Origin: an uncultured Actinomycetes bacterium
GTDB lineage: Bacteria > Actinomycetota > UBA4738 > HRBIN12
Reading direction: 5' to 3'
Length of the DNA: 64,000 bases
NCBI GenBank assembly: GCA_963704725.1
Contig: OY969934.1
Span: forward strand, 1,920,001 to 1,984,000
In this document: positions 10,249-19,434 of the stretch, piece after piece
Position numbering within the stretch: position 1 is the stretch's first letter
Layout of the letters: each line of letters begins with the position of its first letter
The notes under the pieces: generated by a model
Told to the model about the DNA's origin: nothing
What the model saw: only the letters and a program-made list of their open reading frames with translations
Database searches by the model: none
Program-made: the position numbers and the translations under genes

Positions 10249-10695
10249 ATGACACACGAAGAGAAAGACGAGAAGCGTCAGCGCAAAGGACCGTTGATGC
10301 ACGATCCGTCAGAGGATGTTCGACGACGCCACGCCATCCTGCTGATTGTCGTGGGGCTCGGACTCCTAAGCGTCGGCACCGTCTCTTGGGTGCGAGGCGG
10401 CTCACCGGCGGCCATGGCTTCCATGATTCCCGGACTTGCGGGAGTGCTCGGAGGTCTCCTGCTCCTCGCTCGCCGGGGCCTAATCCTCCGCCCTACCGCG
10501 AGGTTTCTGAGCATCCAGCCCGACGTCTTGCTGAAGCTCTCGGTGGTGGCTCTGGCGGCGGCTTCAGCTGTGTACCTCGGCTGGGTAGCGGTTGTTCAGT
10601 ACCGCCAGGGTAGGGCGGACGCGGGATTGACCGTCGTGATGGCGGCACTGAGCATCTACGTGACAATTCGGGCTTTCACCAACCTTCGCCGATAG
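10249..10695 (+). CDS. Putative immunity protein (four hydrophobic segments)
   Basis: Starts 6 nt after the RHS stop; shares the lower GC of the RHS tail; about four TM-like helices. Confidence 0.65.
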   Translation: MTHEEKDEKRQRKGPLMHDPSEDVRRRHAILLIVVGLGLLSVGTVSWVRGGSPAAMASMIPGLAGVLGGLLLLARRGLILRPTARFLSIQPDVLLKLSVVALAAASAVYLGWVAVVQYRQGRADAGLTVVMAALSIYVTIRAFTNLRR

Positions 10696-10950
10696 GACGG
10701 TTACCGGCCGTCGCTCTTCGCGGTTGGCAGGTGCAGAGGCCGGGACGCACTCAGGATGCGTGACGAGAACCTTAACAGGGGAACCGGTTCACACATCGTC
10801 CAGCAAGGTCCACGATTGGGCACCTGTGTGACCACCGCGGCCGTCCCTGCGACGGACTTGACCGCCACTGGTGGGGTTTACGGGCCGAATCACGCTGAGA
10901 GGCGAAGTTCACCTCGAAGGACGAGCCGCGTACGTATGGTCGTCGACGGT

Positions 10951-10963
10951 CCTCCGACACCAC
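10951..10963 (+). repeat. Direct repeat copy 1, CCTCCGACACCAC (tRNA 3'-end-like)
   Basis: Identical to 12241-12253; directly abuts the IS end TGT at 10964. Confidence 0.8.
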
Positions 10964-12237
10964 TGTGATGTGTCGGGTGCATCGTGGCCGGATGTGTCGG
11001 TGCATCGTAGCCGCCCTCACGAGGCTTGAGGCTGGTAGTCGCGGGCCGGGTCCAGTGTGAGATGTCGAAGCAGCTCTCCGTTCGCCGACACCACCCGCAC
11101 GTCCAGACCGTTGATCAGCAGGATCACCCGCTTGCCCTTGTGAGCGTGACCCACGCCGATGTGGTGCAGCCGCGTTCCATGGCGCAGCGTGACCTTCCCG
11201 CCCTTGTCGATCCGGTCCCGACGCACCCGAACGCCCGCACCCACGCGGATCCTGGGTCCTGAGGGACGCGCCTTGTCTCTGGCCTCGAACGCCGCTCTGG
11301 GCGGCCTGCGGCCCAGCGCTGCATGCGGCCTGCGGTCGTTGTAGTAGGCGACGAACCGATCGACCTGGTCTTGCAGCTCACCGAGCGAGCTGGCCTTGGG
11401 CTGACGGGCCAGGTAGGTCTTCATCGTCTGGTGGAAGCGCTCGACCTTGCCGCAGGTCTGGGGGTGATAGGGCCGGGAGTGACGGTAGTCGATACCGAGC
11501 GCCAGCAGCTCGGTCTGCATCACGTTGGGCCCTCCCCGGTGCCACGTCGTGTAGACGCAGCCGTTGTCGGTCAAAAGCGCCGCCGGGAACCCCCAGCGCG
11601 CGCCGGCTTCGCGGAAGACCTCGAGCACCTTGGGGGCGGTGGCGGTCCGCATCACCACCGAGGCCACGGCCGCCCGGGAGTGGTCATCCAGGAAGTTGCA
11701 GATGTCGACCTCGGTCCCATCCCCAAGCCGCCAGTGGGTCACGTCGGACTGCCAGCACTCGTTGGGAAGCGTGGCCTCGAAGCGGATCCAGGAGCTCCGG
11801 GGCCGCTTGTGGGGCTGGGAGACCACGAAGCCACGACGTCTCAGCACCCGCCAGATCGTCGAGATCGACGGCACCCGGTCGTGCCTCGTGCTCAGGTGGT
11901 AGGCGATCGTGGCCGCGCCGGCATCCACGCCCAGCTCCGTGAGCTCCGTGCGCAGGGCGCAGATCTCGTCCTCGAGCGCATGCAGGCGTGCGGTGCGGGA
12001 TCGTCTTGGGCGCCCTCGACCGCGGGGCGATCGCCTCGTAGCCGCCCGATCGGTACCGGGCGACCAGCTTGCCGACCCAGCTCTTGGAGACCCCGTGGGC
12101 CCGGGCCACCTCCCGGTAGCTCCGTCCCTCCAGCACGACCGCGTCCACCACGTAGCGAGCCAGATCCATCGCAGACCCCCGTTGAAGGTGTCCACGATGC
12201 TCCGACACATGTGTCCACTATCCGGTGAACTCAGGCA
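10964..12237 (-). mobile_element. IS481-family insertion sequence
   Basis: Left end TGTGATGTGTCGGGTGCATCGTGG with a second subterminal unit; inverted units at 12188-12233 (GTGTCCACGATGCTCCGACACAT, GTGTCCACTATCCGGTGAACTCA). Right end inferred at ...AACTCAGGCA (12237); it could extend further. Confidence 0.8.
11017..12169 (-). pseudogene. IS481-family DDE transposase, frameshifted
   Basis: N-terminal HTH (MDLARYVVDAVVLEGRSYREVARAHGVSKSWV) and integrase core (WQSDVT, DDHSR, TDNG, QTCGKVERFHQT) lie in different frames; one extra base near 11980. Confidence 0.85.
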
Positions 12238-12240
12238 CCC

Positions 12241-12253
12241 CCTCCGACACCAC
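12241..12253 (+). repeat. Direct repeat copy 2 (16 nt CCCCCTCCGACACCAC from 12238)
   Basis: Identical to 10951-10963; lies between two TGTCCACTATCCG units (12212-12224 and 12255-12267). Confidence 0.8.
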
Positions 12254-12344
12254 CTGTCCACTATCCGCTGAGGTCGAATCGGGGCCCAGGTGAACCACGC
12301 CCGCGTCGTACAGTGCCTCGGTGTCGTCGAAAGGGGTGAGGCGG

Positions 12345-12647
12345 ATGGTCGCGGTCGGATTGCTCGTCCCATTGAAGGCGAAGCCCGGCAAGGAGGATGA
12401 CGTGGCGCGATTCCTCGAGGGCGGGCTCGCGCTCGTCAACGAGGAACCGGCGACGACGGCGTGGTTCGCGATCCGGCTCGGCCCGTCCGAGTTCGCGATC
12501 GTGGACTTCTTCCCGGACGACGCGGGCCGGCAGGCGCATCTGTCGGGCCGGGTGGCCGAGGCCCTGATGGCCCAGGCCCCCGATCTGTTCGCCGAGGCGC
12601 CCGACATCCGACCGGCTGACGTCATCGCCGCCAAGCTTCCCGGGTAG
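12345..12647 (+). CDS. Antibiotic biosynthesis monooxygenase (ABM) family protein
   Basis: LKAKPGKE..EEPATTAWFA..DFFPDDAGRQAHLSG pattern; GGGGTGAGG upstream. Confidence 0.85.
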   Translation: MVAVGLLVPLKAKPGKEDDVARFLEGGLALVNEEPATTAWFAIRLGPSEFAIVDFFPDDAGRQAHLSGRVAEALMAQAPDLFAEAPDIRPADVIAAKLPG

Positions 12648-12658
12648 GAGGCTTCCGG

Positions 12659-13885
12659 CTACGCGGCGCCGTGCCGAACGGCGACCTGCCCTGCGACGAT
12701 CGCGGCGTCCTCGCCGATGCCGAACAGCAGCGACGACTTCCGGGTCCGCAGGAAGTGGACCCCCACGAAGTACAGACCCGGGGAGGCCGAGCTCGCCCCG
12801 TCGGCGTGGACGGGGAAGCCGAGGTCGTCGAACGCCCCCGGCACCCGCACCCAACGCCGATAGTCGGGTCGGAAGCCGCCCGCGAACAGGACGGCGCCGA
12901 AGCCGGTCAGGTCCAGCTCCTCGGGCGAGCTGTCCTCGAACGGGTCGGGCTCCGGGATGCCCGGCATCGGGAGGTCGCGCTCCTCGACCAGCTTGCGGAT
13001 CAGGCCGGCGAACTGCCGGTAGCGCTCGTCGCCCCAGGCGACCGTCTCCGCCAGATCGGGAGCGAACCGGGCCCGGCGACCCTCGGCGCCGATGAAGTGG
13101 CCGAGCAGGGTGACGCCGTCGGCGCGGAGCGTTCGGTAGTGGAGGTCGTGCCCGCCCCCGCGGCCGGTGCCCTGGAGGTTGGCGAACAGCCGGGCCGAGG
13201 GATCGGGGAGCGCCGAAAGCGGTTGATCCAGGAACCCCGTCTCGACCGACCACCAGAACATGTCCCGGTCTCCCAGCCGGCGGGGCGACCACGGCGACCG
13301 TCCGCAGGCCAGGAACACCTCCCGGCCGACCATCCGGAGCTCCTCGGCGAGCTGGCAGCCCGTCTGGCCGCTCCCGATCACCAGCACCTGGCCGTCGGGC
13401 AGCCCCTGCGGGTTCCGGTAGTCCTGCGCGTCGAGCGCAAGCAGGTCCGGCGGGAGCGAGGACGCGGCGGCGGGACGGTGCGGCCACTGGTAGGCGCCGG
13501 TGGCCACGACGACGGATCTCGCCAGGATCTCGGCGCCGATCGTCGTCCGGAGTCGGAACCGCTCGGCCGCCGGCTCCAAGGAGGACACGTCGACCTCTTC
13601 GCGGATCGGTGCCGGAAGGCCACGCGCGTAGCCCTCGAGGTACGCCACGAGCTCCTCACGCGGCAGGTACCCATCCGGGTCGTCGCCGTCGTACTCGCCG
13701 CCCGGAAGCTTGACGGACCAGTTCGGCGTCACGAGACAGAAGCTGTCCCACCGGCCTCGCCAGGACTCGGCCACCCGCCCTCGCTCCAGGACGACGTGCT
13801 CCAAGCCCGCCCGCGACAGCTCGTGGCTGGTGGCGAGCCCGGCCTGTCCGCCTCCCACGACGACGACGTCGATACGCTCCGCCAT
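12659..13885 (-). CDS. Flavin-containing monooxygenase / FAD-NAD(P) oxidoreductase
   Basis: VVVVGGGQAG, VLVIGSGQTGCQ, RWDSF and GLYFVG motifs; start MAERID. Confidence 0.88.
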   Translation of the reverse strand: MAERIDVVVVGGGQAGLATSHELSRAGLEHVVLERGRVAESWRGRWDSFCLVTPNWSVKLPGGEYDGDDPDGYLPREELVAYLEGYARGLPAPIREEVDVSSLEPAAERFRLRTTIGAEILARSVVVATGAYQWPHRPAAASSLPPDLLALDAQDYRNPQGLPDGQVLVIGSGQTGCQLAEELRMVGREVFLACGRSPWSPRRLGDRDMFWWSVETGFLDQPLSALPDPSARLFANLQGTGRGGGHDLHYRTLRADGVTLLGHFIGAEGRRARFAPDLAETVAWGDERYRQFAGLIRKLVEERDLPMPGIPEPDPFEDSSPEELDLTGFGAVLFAGGFRPDYRRWVRVPGAFDDLGFPVHADGASSASPGLYFVGVHFLRTRKSSLLFGIGEDAAIVAGQVAVRHGAA

Positions 13886-14032
13886 GGGTGTGGAGGCTAT
13901 CGCAGCGCCGGCTCGACGCCGGCGAACAGGCGTTCGCGAGCCGGCCGACGCCCCCCAACACGGAGCCGCCCGGGAAGCGGCGTGGCAAGATGGTGCACGC
14001 GCGAAACGACACCCGAGGACGGGGGATCGACG

Positions 14033-15973
14033 ATGAGCGGGATGGTCCCTGAGGACGTGTACGAGCTCACCGGCGTGAGCGACCCACGGGTCTCTCCCGA
14101 CGGCACGACGGTCGCCTACGTCGTGTGGTCGATCGACCGGGAGGGGTCCGCATACCGGAGCTCGGTGTGGCTCGCGCCGGCCGACGGCTCGACTCCTCCT
14201 CGCCAGTTCACGTCGGGGGCCAAGCGCGACGCCGCCCCGCGCTGGTCGCCGGACGGCGGACGGCTCGCGTTCGTCTCGGACCGCGAGGACGACCATGCCC
14301 AGCTCTTCGTCATGCCGGTGGCCGGCGGGGAGCCGCGGCGCCTCACCGAGCTCAAGGAGGACGTCTCGGATCCGGCCTGGTCCCCGGACGGGAGCAGGAT
14401 CGCGTTCGCGACGCGGGTACCGGACCCCGCGTACGAGGAGCAGGACGCGAAGAAGCGCGCCCCCCGCCGGTTCACACGGCTGCAGTTCAAGCTGGACACC
14501 GTGGGCTGGACCGGCGACCGGCGCCAGCACCTGTTCACGGTGGCCGCCGACGGCAGCTCCGAGCCCGTGCAGCTCACCGACGGGGACTTCGAGGACGCCG
14601 ATCCGAGCTGGTCGCCGGACGGGAGCAGGATCGCGTTCACGTCGGCTCGGGACGACGACTGGGATCGCAGCCCCGTCCGCGACGTCTACGTCACGACGCT
14701 GACCGGGGAGCTCGAGAAGCTCACGGCGAGCGACGGTGGCGCGGAGCACCCCTCGTGGTCGCCGGACGGCACGCGCATCGCCTACCTGTACGCCCCGAGC
14801 GTCTTCGACGACCCACGCCACACCCAGGTGGCGGTCCTGGACCTGGCGAGCCGAGAGCGGCGGGTCCTGACCGCGTCCCTCGATCGCAACTGCGCGCCCT
14901 ACCCGACCCTCCGGGAGCCGATCTGGGACGGCGACGAACTGCTGTTCTGTGCCGAGGATCACGGCAACACGCCCATGTACCGCGTGCCGGCGGACGGATC
15001 GCGCGAGCCCGAGCCGATCGTCGTCGGCGACCACAACCTCGCCGGGTACGACGCCGCGGCCGGGGTGATCGCCACGGCGCCGACGACGCCGACCGCGCTC
15101 CCCGAGGTCGTCGTGGAGGGCCGACCTCTGACGCAGGTCGGTGCCGCGTTCGCCGCCGGGCGTGACCTGGCGAGCCCGGAGCGGTTCACGGCGACCTCGG
15201 CCGACGGGTCGGAGGTCGAGGCGTGGATCATGCGGCCGGCCGGCGCGCCTCCGGGCGAGCGCTTGCCGACGCTGCTCAACGTGCACGGCGGTCCGTTCTC
15301 ACAGTACGGGAACCGGTTCTTCGACGAGTTCCAGGTCCAGGCCGGGGCGGGGTACGCCGTGGTGTACGCGAACCCGCGAGGGTCGGCCGGGTACTCGGAG
15401 GCATGGGGTCGGGCGATCCGCGGCACGCTCGCCGGCGGCGCGGGATGGGGGAGCGTCGACTTCGAGGATCTGATGGCGGTGGTGGACGAGGCCATCCGGC
15501 GGTTCGACTTCGTCGACCCCGAGCGCATCGGCGTGCTCGGAGGGTCCTACGGCGGGTTCATGACCTCGTGGATCGTGGGGCATACGGATCGGTTCCGCGC
15601 CGCCTGCTCCGAGCGGGCGGTCAACAACTTCCTGCTCGAGGGAGGCTCGGCGGACATCGGCTGGTGGTTCAAGGGGGAGGTGGGGGCGCACTGGTTCGAG
15701 GCGCCCGACGTCTACCTGCAGATGTCGCCCTCGACGTACGCGCCGAACATCGCCACGCCGCTGCTGATCCTGCATTCGGAGAACGACCTACGCTGCCCGG
15801 TCGGCCACGCCGAGGACCTGTTCACGATCCTGCGGCTCCTGGGCAGGGAGGTGGAGCTCGTCCGCTTCCCCGAGGAGAGCCACGAGCTCTCGCGCTCGGG
15901 CTCACCGGTCCATCGTGTGCAGCGCTTCGAGATCATCCTGGACTGGTTCGATCGCCACCTGAAGAAAGACTGA
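14033..15973 (+). CDS. S9 family (acylaminoacyl/dipeptidyl) peptidase
   Basis: WSPDG propeller repeats, HGGP, GGSYGG nucleophile, catalytic D (DLRCP) and H (ESHELSR). Confidence 0.92.
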   Translation: MSGMVPEDVYELTGVSDPRVSPDGTTVAYVVWSIDREGSAYRSSVWLAPADGSTPPRQFTSGAKRDAAPRWSPDGGRLAFVSDREDDHAQLFVMPVAGGEPRRLTELKEDVSDPAWSPDGSRIAFATRVPDPAYEEQDAKKRAPRRFTRLQFKLDTVGWTGDRRQHLFTVAADGSSEPVQLTDGDFEDADPSWSPDGSRIAFTSARDDDWDRSPVRDVYVTTLTGELEKLTASDGGAEHPSWSPDGTRIAYLYAPSVFDDPRHTQVAVLDLASRERRVLTASLDRNCAPYPTLREPIWDGDELLFCAEDHGNTPMYRVPADGSREPEPIVVGDHNLAGYDAAAGVIATAPTTPTALPEVVVEGRPLTQVGAAFAAGRDLASPERFTATSADGSEVEAWIMRPAGAPPGERLPTLLNVHGGPFSQYGNRFFDEFQVQAGAGYAVVYANPRGSAGYSEAWGRAIRGTLAGGAGWGSVDFEDLMAVVDEAIRRFDFVDPERIGVLGGSYGGFMTSWIVGHTDRFRAACSERAVNNFLLEGGSADIGWWFKGEVGAHWFEAPDVYLQMSPSTYAPNIATPLLILHSENDLRCPVGHAEDLFTILRLLGREVELVRFPEESHELSRSGSPVHRVQRFEIILDWFDRHLKKD

Positions 15974-15976
15974 CGC

Positions 15977-17044
15977 TCAGGCGCGATCGACGGCCGCGGC
16001 CCGGTCCAGGACGTCCATGATCGCGGCGGCGGCGTCCTCGACTCCGACCGTCCGGTCCACGATGCCGAGCTCTGCGGCCGCCTTGGGCATCCCGTACACG
16101 ACGCACGATCGCTCGTCCTGGCCGAGGATGGTGCCGCCGGCCCGCTTGAGCTCGAGCAGACCCTCGGCGCCGTCGTCGCCCATCCCCGTGAGGATCAGCG
16201 CGAGCGCGCGGGTCCCGACGGCGTGGGCGACCGAACGGAACAGGTACGTCGCGGACGGCCGATGCCCGCCGATGGGAGGTTCGTTCGACAGCGCGACGCG
16301 GCGCAGGCGGGTCACGCCGAGGTGGCGATCGTGCGGGGCGATCAGGACGCGTCCGGGGACGAGGGGCTCGCCGTCGAGCGCGAGGTGAACCTCGAGACGG
16401 GATGCGGTGTTCAGCCACTCGGCGAACCCGCGATCGAACCCGGAGGCGATGTGCTGCACGAGCACGATCGGAACGGGCAGGTCCGCGGGGAGGGAGGACA
16501 GGATCGTGGCGAGCGCGGCGGGGCCGCCCGTCGAGGCGCCGATGGCGATGAGGTCGATCCCACCGGAGCCCGGGTGCGGGTGGGTCCCGCCGACGAGCGG
16601 TGGGGGGCGCTCGGCGCTCGGGCGGCGAGGACGCCTGGTGACGACCTTCACGCGCGCCATGCTCTTGAGCGTCCGCAGCACCTCGTCCGCCTGCCGGGCG
16701 AACTCCGGAGCGGCCGGGCTGCCCGGCTTGTCCAGGACGGTGAGGGCGCCCGCCTCCAGGACGGGGAACGTCTCGCGCACCTCGCCGGCGTCGTAGCGAG
16801 AGCTGATGAGCACGATCGGCCGCGGGTTCCGCTCCATGATCTCCCGCGTCGCCTGGAGGCCGTCCATGACCGGCATGTGGATGTCCATCGTGATGATGTC
16901 GGGAAGGACCGAGGCCGCGAGCGCCACCGCCTCGGCGCCGTCCGTCGCCTCGGCCACGACCTTCACGTCCGGGTCGGAGGCCAGGATCCGGTTCAGCACC
17001 TGGCGGGCCACGGGCGAATCGTCGACGACCATGACCCTGAGCAT
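15977..17044 (-). CDS. cheB: Chemotaxis response regulator protein-glutamate methylesterase
   Basis: REC domain plus GASTGGP, VQH and LTGMGDDGA motifs. Confidence 0.93.
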   Translation of the reverse strand: MLRVMVVDDSPVARQVLNRILASDPDVKVVAEATDGAEAVALAASVLPDIITMDIHMPVMDGLQATREIMERNPRPIVLISSRYDAGEVRETFPVLEAGALTVLDKPGSPAAPEFARQADEVLRTLKSMARVKVVTRRPRRPSAERPPPLVGGTHPHPGSGGIDLIAIGASTGGPAALATILSSLPADLPVPIVLVQHIASGFDRGFAEWLNTASRLEVHLALDGEPLVPGRVLIAPHDRHLGVTRLRRVALSNEPPIGGHRPSATYLFRSVAHAVGTRALALILTGMGDDGAEGLLELKRAGGTILGQDERSCVVYGMPKAAAELGIVDRTVGVEDAAAAIMDVLDRAAAVDRA

Positions 17045-17053
17045 CGGTCCCTC

Positions 17054-19420
17054 TCAGATGAGCTGACGGACGGTCTCGAGCAACCGGTCGCGGGTGAACG
17101 AGCTCTTCACGATGTAGGCGTCGGCTCCCGCCTCGACGCCGCGCTCGTGATCGTCCTCGGAATCGAGCGAGGTGACCAGGATGACGGGGAGCTCCTTGAG
17201 GCGCTCGTCGCCCCGGACCATCCGCGTGAGCTCGAAACCGTCCATCGAGGGCATCTTGATGTCGCTCACGACGAGGTCGCACCCTCCTGCCTTGAGCTGC
17301 GTCCATGCCTCGGCGCCGTCGGCCGCCACCCGGACCCGGTAGCCGGCGGCCTCGAGGATGCTCTTCTCGAGCGTGCGCGTCACGATCGAGTCGTCGACGA
17401 CCATGACCGTCGCGGGCAGAGCCTGACCCGCCGTCTCGGCTGCGGTGACGGCGGGCGTTGCCACCTCCGCCCGCTCGGCGGCGGCGATGAGGTCGGGGAC
17501 GTTGAGCACGAGGACGATCTCGCCCGTCCCTAGCAGCGTCGCCCCGGCGGCGCCTCGAACGCGCACGAGCGGCCAGGGGAGGTTCTTCACGACCATGTCC
17601 TGCGATCCCAGGAGCTCGTCGACGAGGAAGCCGGCCCGCCGCTCGGCCGAGCCGAGCACCACCGCCGGGTGCCGACCATCCGAGGTCGCGGCGGCCTCCT
17701 TGTCGGCGGCCGGGAGGCCGAGCGCGTCGGCGAGGTGCGTGACGACGACCGTCCCCTCGTTCATCCGCGCCACACGCCGGCCCCGGATCGTGCCGAGCTC
17801 CGCGATGTCGAGTCGTTGGATGCGGACGACGTTGGTGATCGGCAGGGCGAACGCCCGCCGTCCCACCCGAACGACCAGGCAGTGCGTCGTCGCGACCGTC
17901 AGCGGCAGCGTGAGCACGAACCGCGTGCCGGCGCCCGGCTCCGTCTCGACGTCGATCATCCCGCGGAGCCGCTCCACGGTCTCGCGGACGACGTCCATCC
18001 CCACCCCGCGGCCGGAGATCTCGGTCACGACCGAGCTCGAGGACACGCCCGGCCTGAAGATGAGCCGGATCGCCTCACGGGCCGTGAGCGCCTCCGCCGC
18101 CTCCGGCGTGAGAAGGCCGCGCTCGACGGCGGAGGCCTTGACCCGGTCGACGTCGATCCCGGGGCCGTCGTCGGCGACCTCGAGGACGAGGTTCCCGCCA
18201 CGCTGGGTGGCTGAGACCTTGACCCACCCCTCGCGCGGCTTGCCGGCGGCGACCCGGGCATCCGGGGTCTCGATCCCGTGATCCACGGCGTTGCGGATCA
18301 GGTGCGACAGCGGCGCCCGGAGCTCCTCGAGGACCGAGCGGTCGACCTCGGTGGTCGCTCCCTCGATGAACAGCGCGGCGTCCTTGCCGAGCTCGCGGGA
18401 CAGGTCGCGGACCACGCGGGGGAAGGCGTCGAGGACCCGGGACACGGGCAGCATCCTGGTGCGCCGGACGGAGTCCTGGAGATCCGAGGTGACGTGGCCC
18501 ATCCGGCGGCCGTCGGCCTCGTACCCGCGGAGCAGATCCTCGACCCGCGTGTGCAGCGTGTGGACGCGCTCCTCGTTCTCCTGCAGCAGGGGCTCGAGGA
18601 AGGCCATCTCCAGGCGGAGCTTCGCCAGCGAGTCCCCCCGGATCGCTGCGCCGCTGGCGTCCGCCTGGCGCAGGAGCTTGCGGTACTTGGGGCGCAGCCG
18701 TCGCCACTCGGCTTCCCAGTCCGCGAGGTCGCCGGCAAGGTCCCGGACCTGTCGAAGACGCTGCTCGCCCGCGATGTGACTGATGAGCAGCTCACCGACC
18801 TGGGCCATCAGCGCGTCGAGCTTGGCCGTCGAAACGCGCACGCTCTCCTCGGTCCCCACCGGCGGCGTGTCCGACTCGGGGCGTGGCTGGGACCCGGCCG
18901 CGGCGGGACCCGGCGCAGGGGCGGCGACGGCCTCGCGCCCCGGCTCGGCCTCGACGTCGAAGGTGGGAGGGAGCTCGGCGTCCGGGGTCGTCGGAGGCCG
19001 GTCCGCCGGCGGCTCGGGCTCCAGGGGAGCGCCGAGGGCCCGGCAGAGGCCCTCCAGGTCGATCTCGGGCAGGGTCCCGACGGCGGCCCCCTTCACGAGC
19101 GAGCCGACGGCGTCCAGGGCTCGGTACGCGGCGTCGAAGCTCTCGGCGTCGGGCTGGAGGGACCCCTCCAGGATCCGGGTGAAGAACCCCTCGAGGGCAT
19201 GGGAGAGCGTCTTGACGACGTCAAGGCCGACCTGCGCGGCGGCGCCCTTGAGCGTGTGCATCTCGCGCAGGATCTCGGCGAGCCGATGCTTGCGGTCCTG
19301 GTCGCCGGACCTCTCGAGCGCGAGCAGGTGCCGGTTGGTCGCCTGGAGGCGTTCGCCGGCCTCCGCGACGAAGATCGCCGTCAACTCGCGGAGGAAGTCG
19401 TCGCTCACGGGCTGGGACAT
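17054..19420 (-). CDS. cheA: Hybrid CheA (Hpt-HATPase-CheW-REC), WspE-like
   Basis: REMHTLKG Hpt, HLIRNAVDHGIE, DDGPGID, SGRGVGMDVV, CheW domain, C-terminal REC. Confidence 0.93.
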   Translation of the reverse strand: MSQPVSDDFLRELTAIFVAEAGERLQATNRHLLALERSGDQDRKHRLAEILREMHTLKGAAAQVGLDVVKTLSHALEGFFTRILEGSLQPDAESFDAAYRALDAVGSLVKGAAVGTLPEIDLEGLCRALGAPLEPEPPADRPPTTPDAELPPTFDVEAEPGREAVAAPAPGPAAAGSQPRPESDTPPVGTEESVRVSTAKLDALMAQVGELLISHIAGEQRLRQVRDLAGDLADWEAEWRRLRPKYRKLLRQADASGAAIRGDSLAKLRLEMAFLEPLLQENEERVHTLHTRVEDLLRGYEADGRRMGHVTSDLQDSVRRTRMLPVSRVLDAFPRVVRDLSRELGKDAALFIEGATTEVDRSVLEELRAPLSHLIRNAVDHGIETPDARVAAGKPREGWVKVSATQRGGNLVLEVADDGPGIDVDRVKASAVERGLLTPEAAEALTAREAIRLIFRPGVSSSSVVTEISGRGVGMDVVRETVERLRGMIDVETEPGAGTRFVLTLPLTVATTHCLVVRVGRRAFALPITNVVRIQRLDIAELGTIRGRRVARMNEGTVVVTHLADALGLPAADKEAAATSDGRHPAVVLGSAERRAGFLVDELLGSQDMVVKNLPWPLVRVRGAAGATLLGTGEIVLVLNVPDLIAAAERAEVATPAVTAAETAGQALPATVMVVDDSIVTRTLEKSILEAAGYRVRVAADGAEAWTQLKAGGCDLVVSDIKMPSMDGFELTRMVRGDERLKELPVILVTSLDSEDDHERGVEAGADAYIVKSSFTRDRLLETVRQLI

Positions 19421-19434
19421 CCCGAGCTCCTCCG

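Larger units (their letters stand above)
1..10952. mobile_element. Integrative element (LSR + Replic_Relax + RHS toxin/immunity cargo), left end outside window
   Basis: Gene content plus a candidate attR at ~10936-10962 (TGGTCGTCGACGGT-CC-TCCGACACCA: partial dyad symmetry, tRNA 3'-end-like right arm). Confidence 0.65.

Noticed and set aside
4297-10781. TAACAGGGG on both sides of the RHS-immunity pair (4297, 10773)
   Set aside because: Only 9 bp with no extension; plausible by chance, so not called a cassette boundary.
10948-10963. tRNA gene
   Set aside because: Only a 3'-end-like fragment; no T-loop or cloverleaf upstream.
12188-12275. Repeat-spacer-repeat as a CRISPR array
   Set aside because: The units match IS subterminal repeats, there is a single short spacer and no cas genes; treated under the IS finding instead.
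12290-12312. Alternative IS end at ...GTCGTACA (12312)
   Set aside because: Poor match to the left terminal repeat and no flanking duplication; 12237 fits better, though it is not proven.
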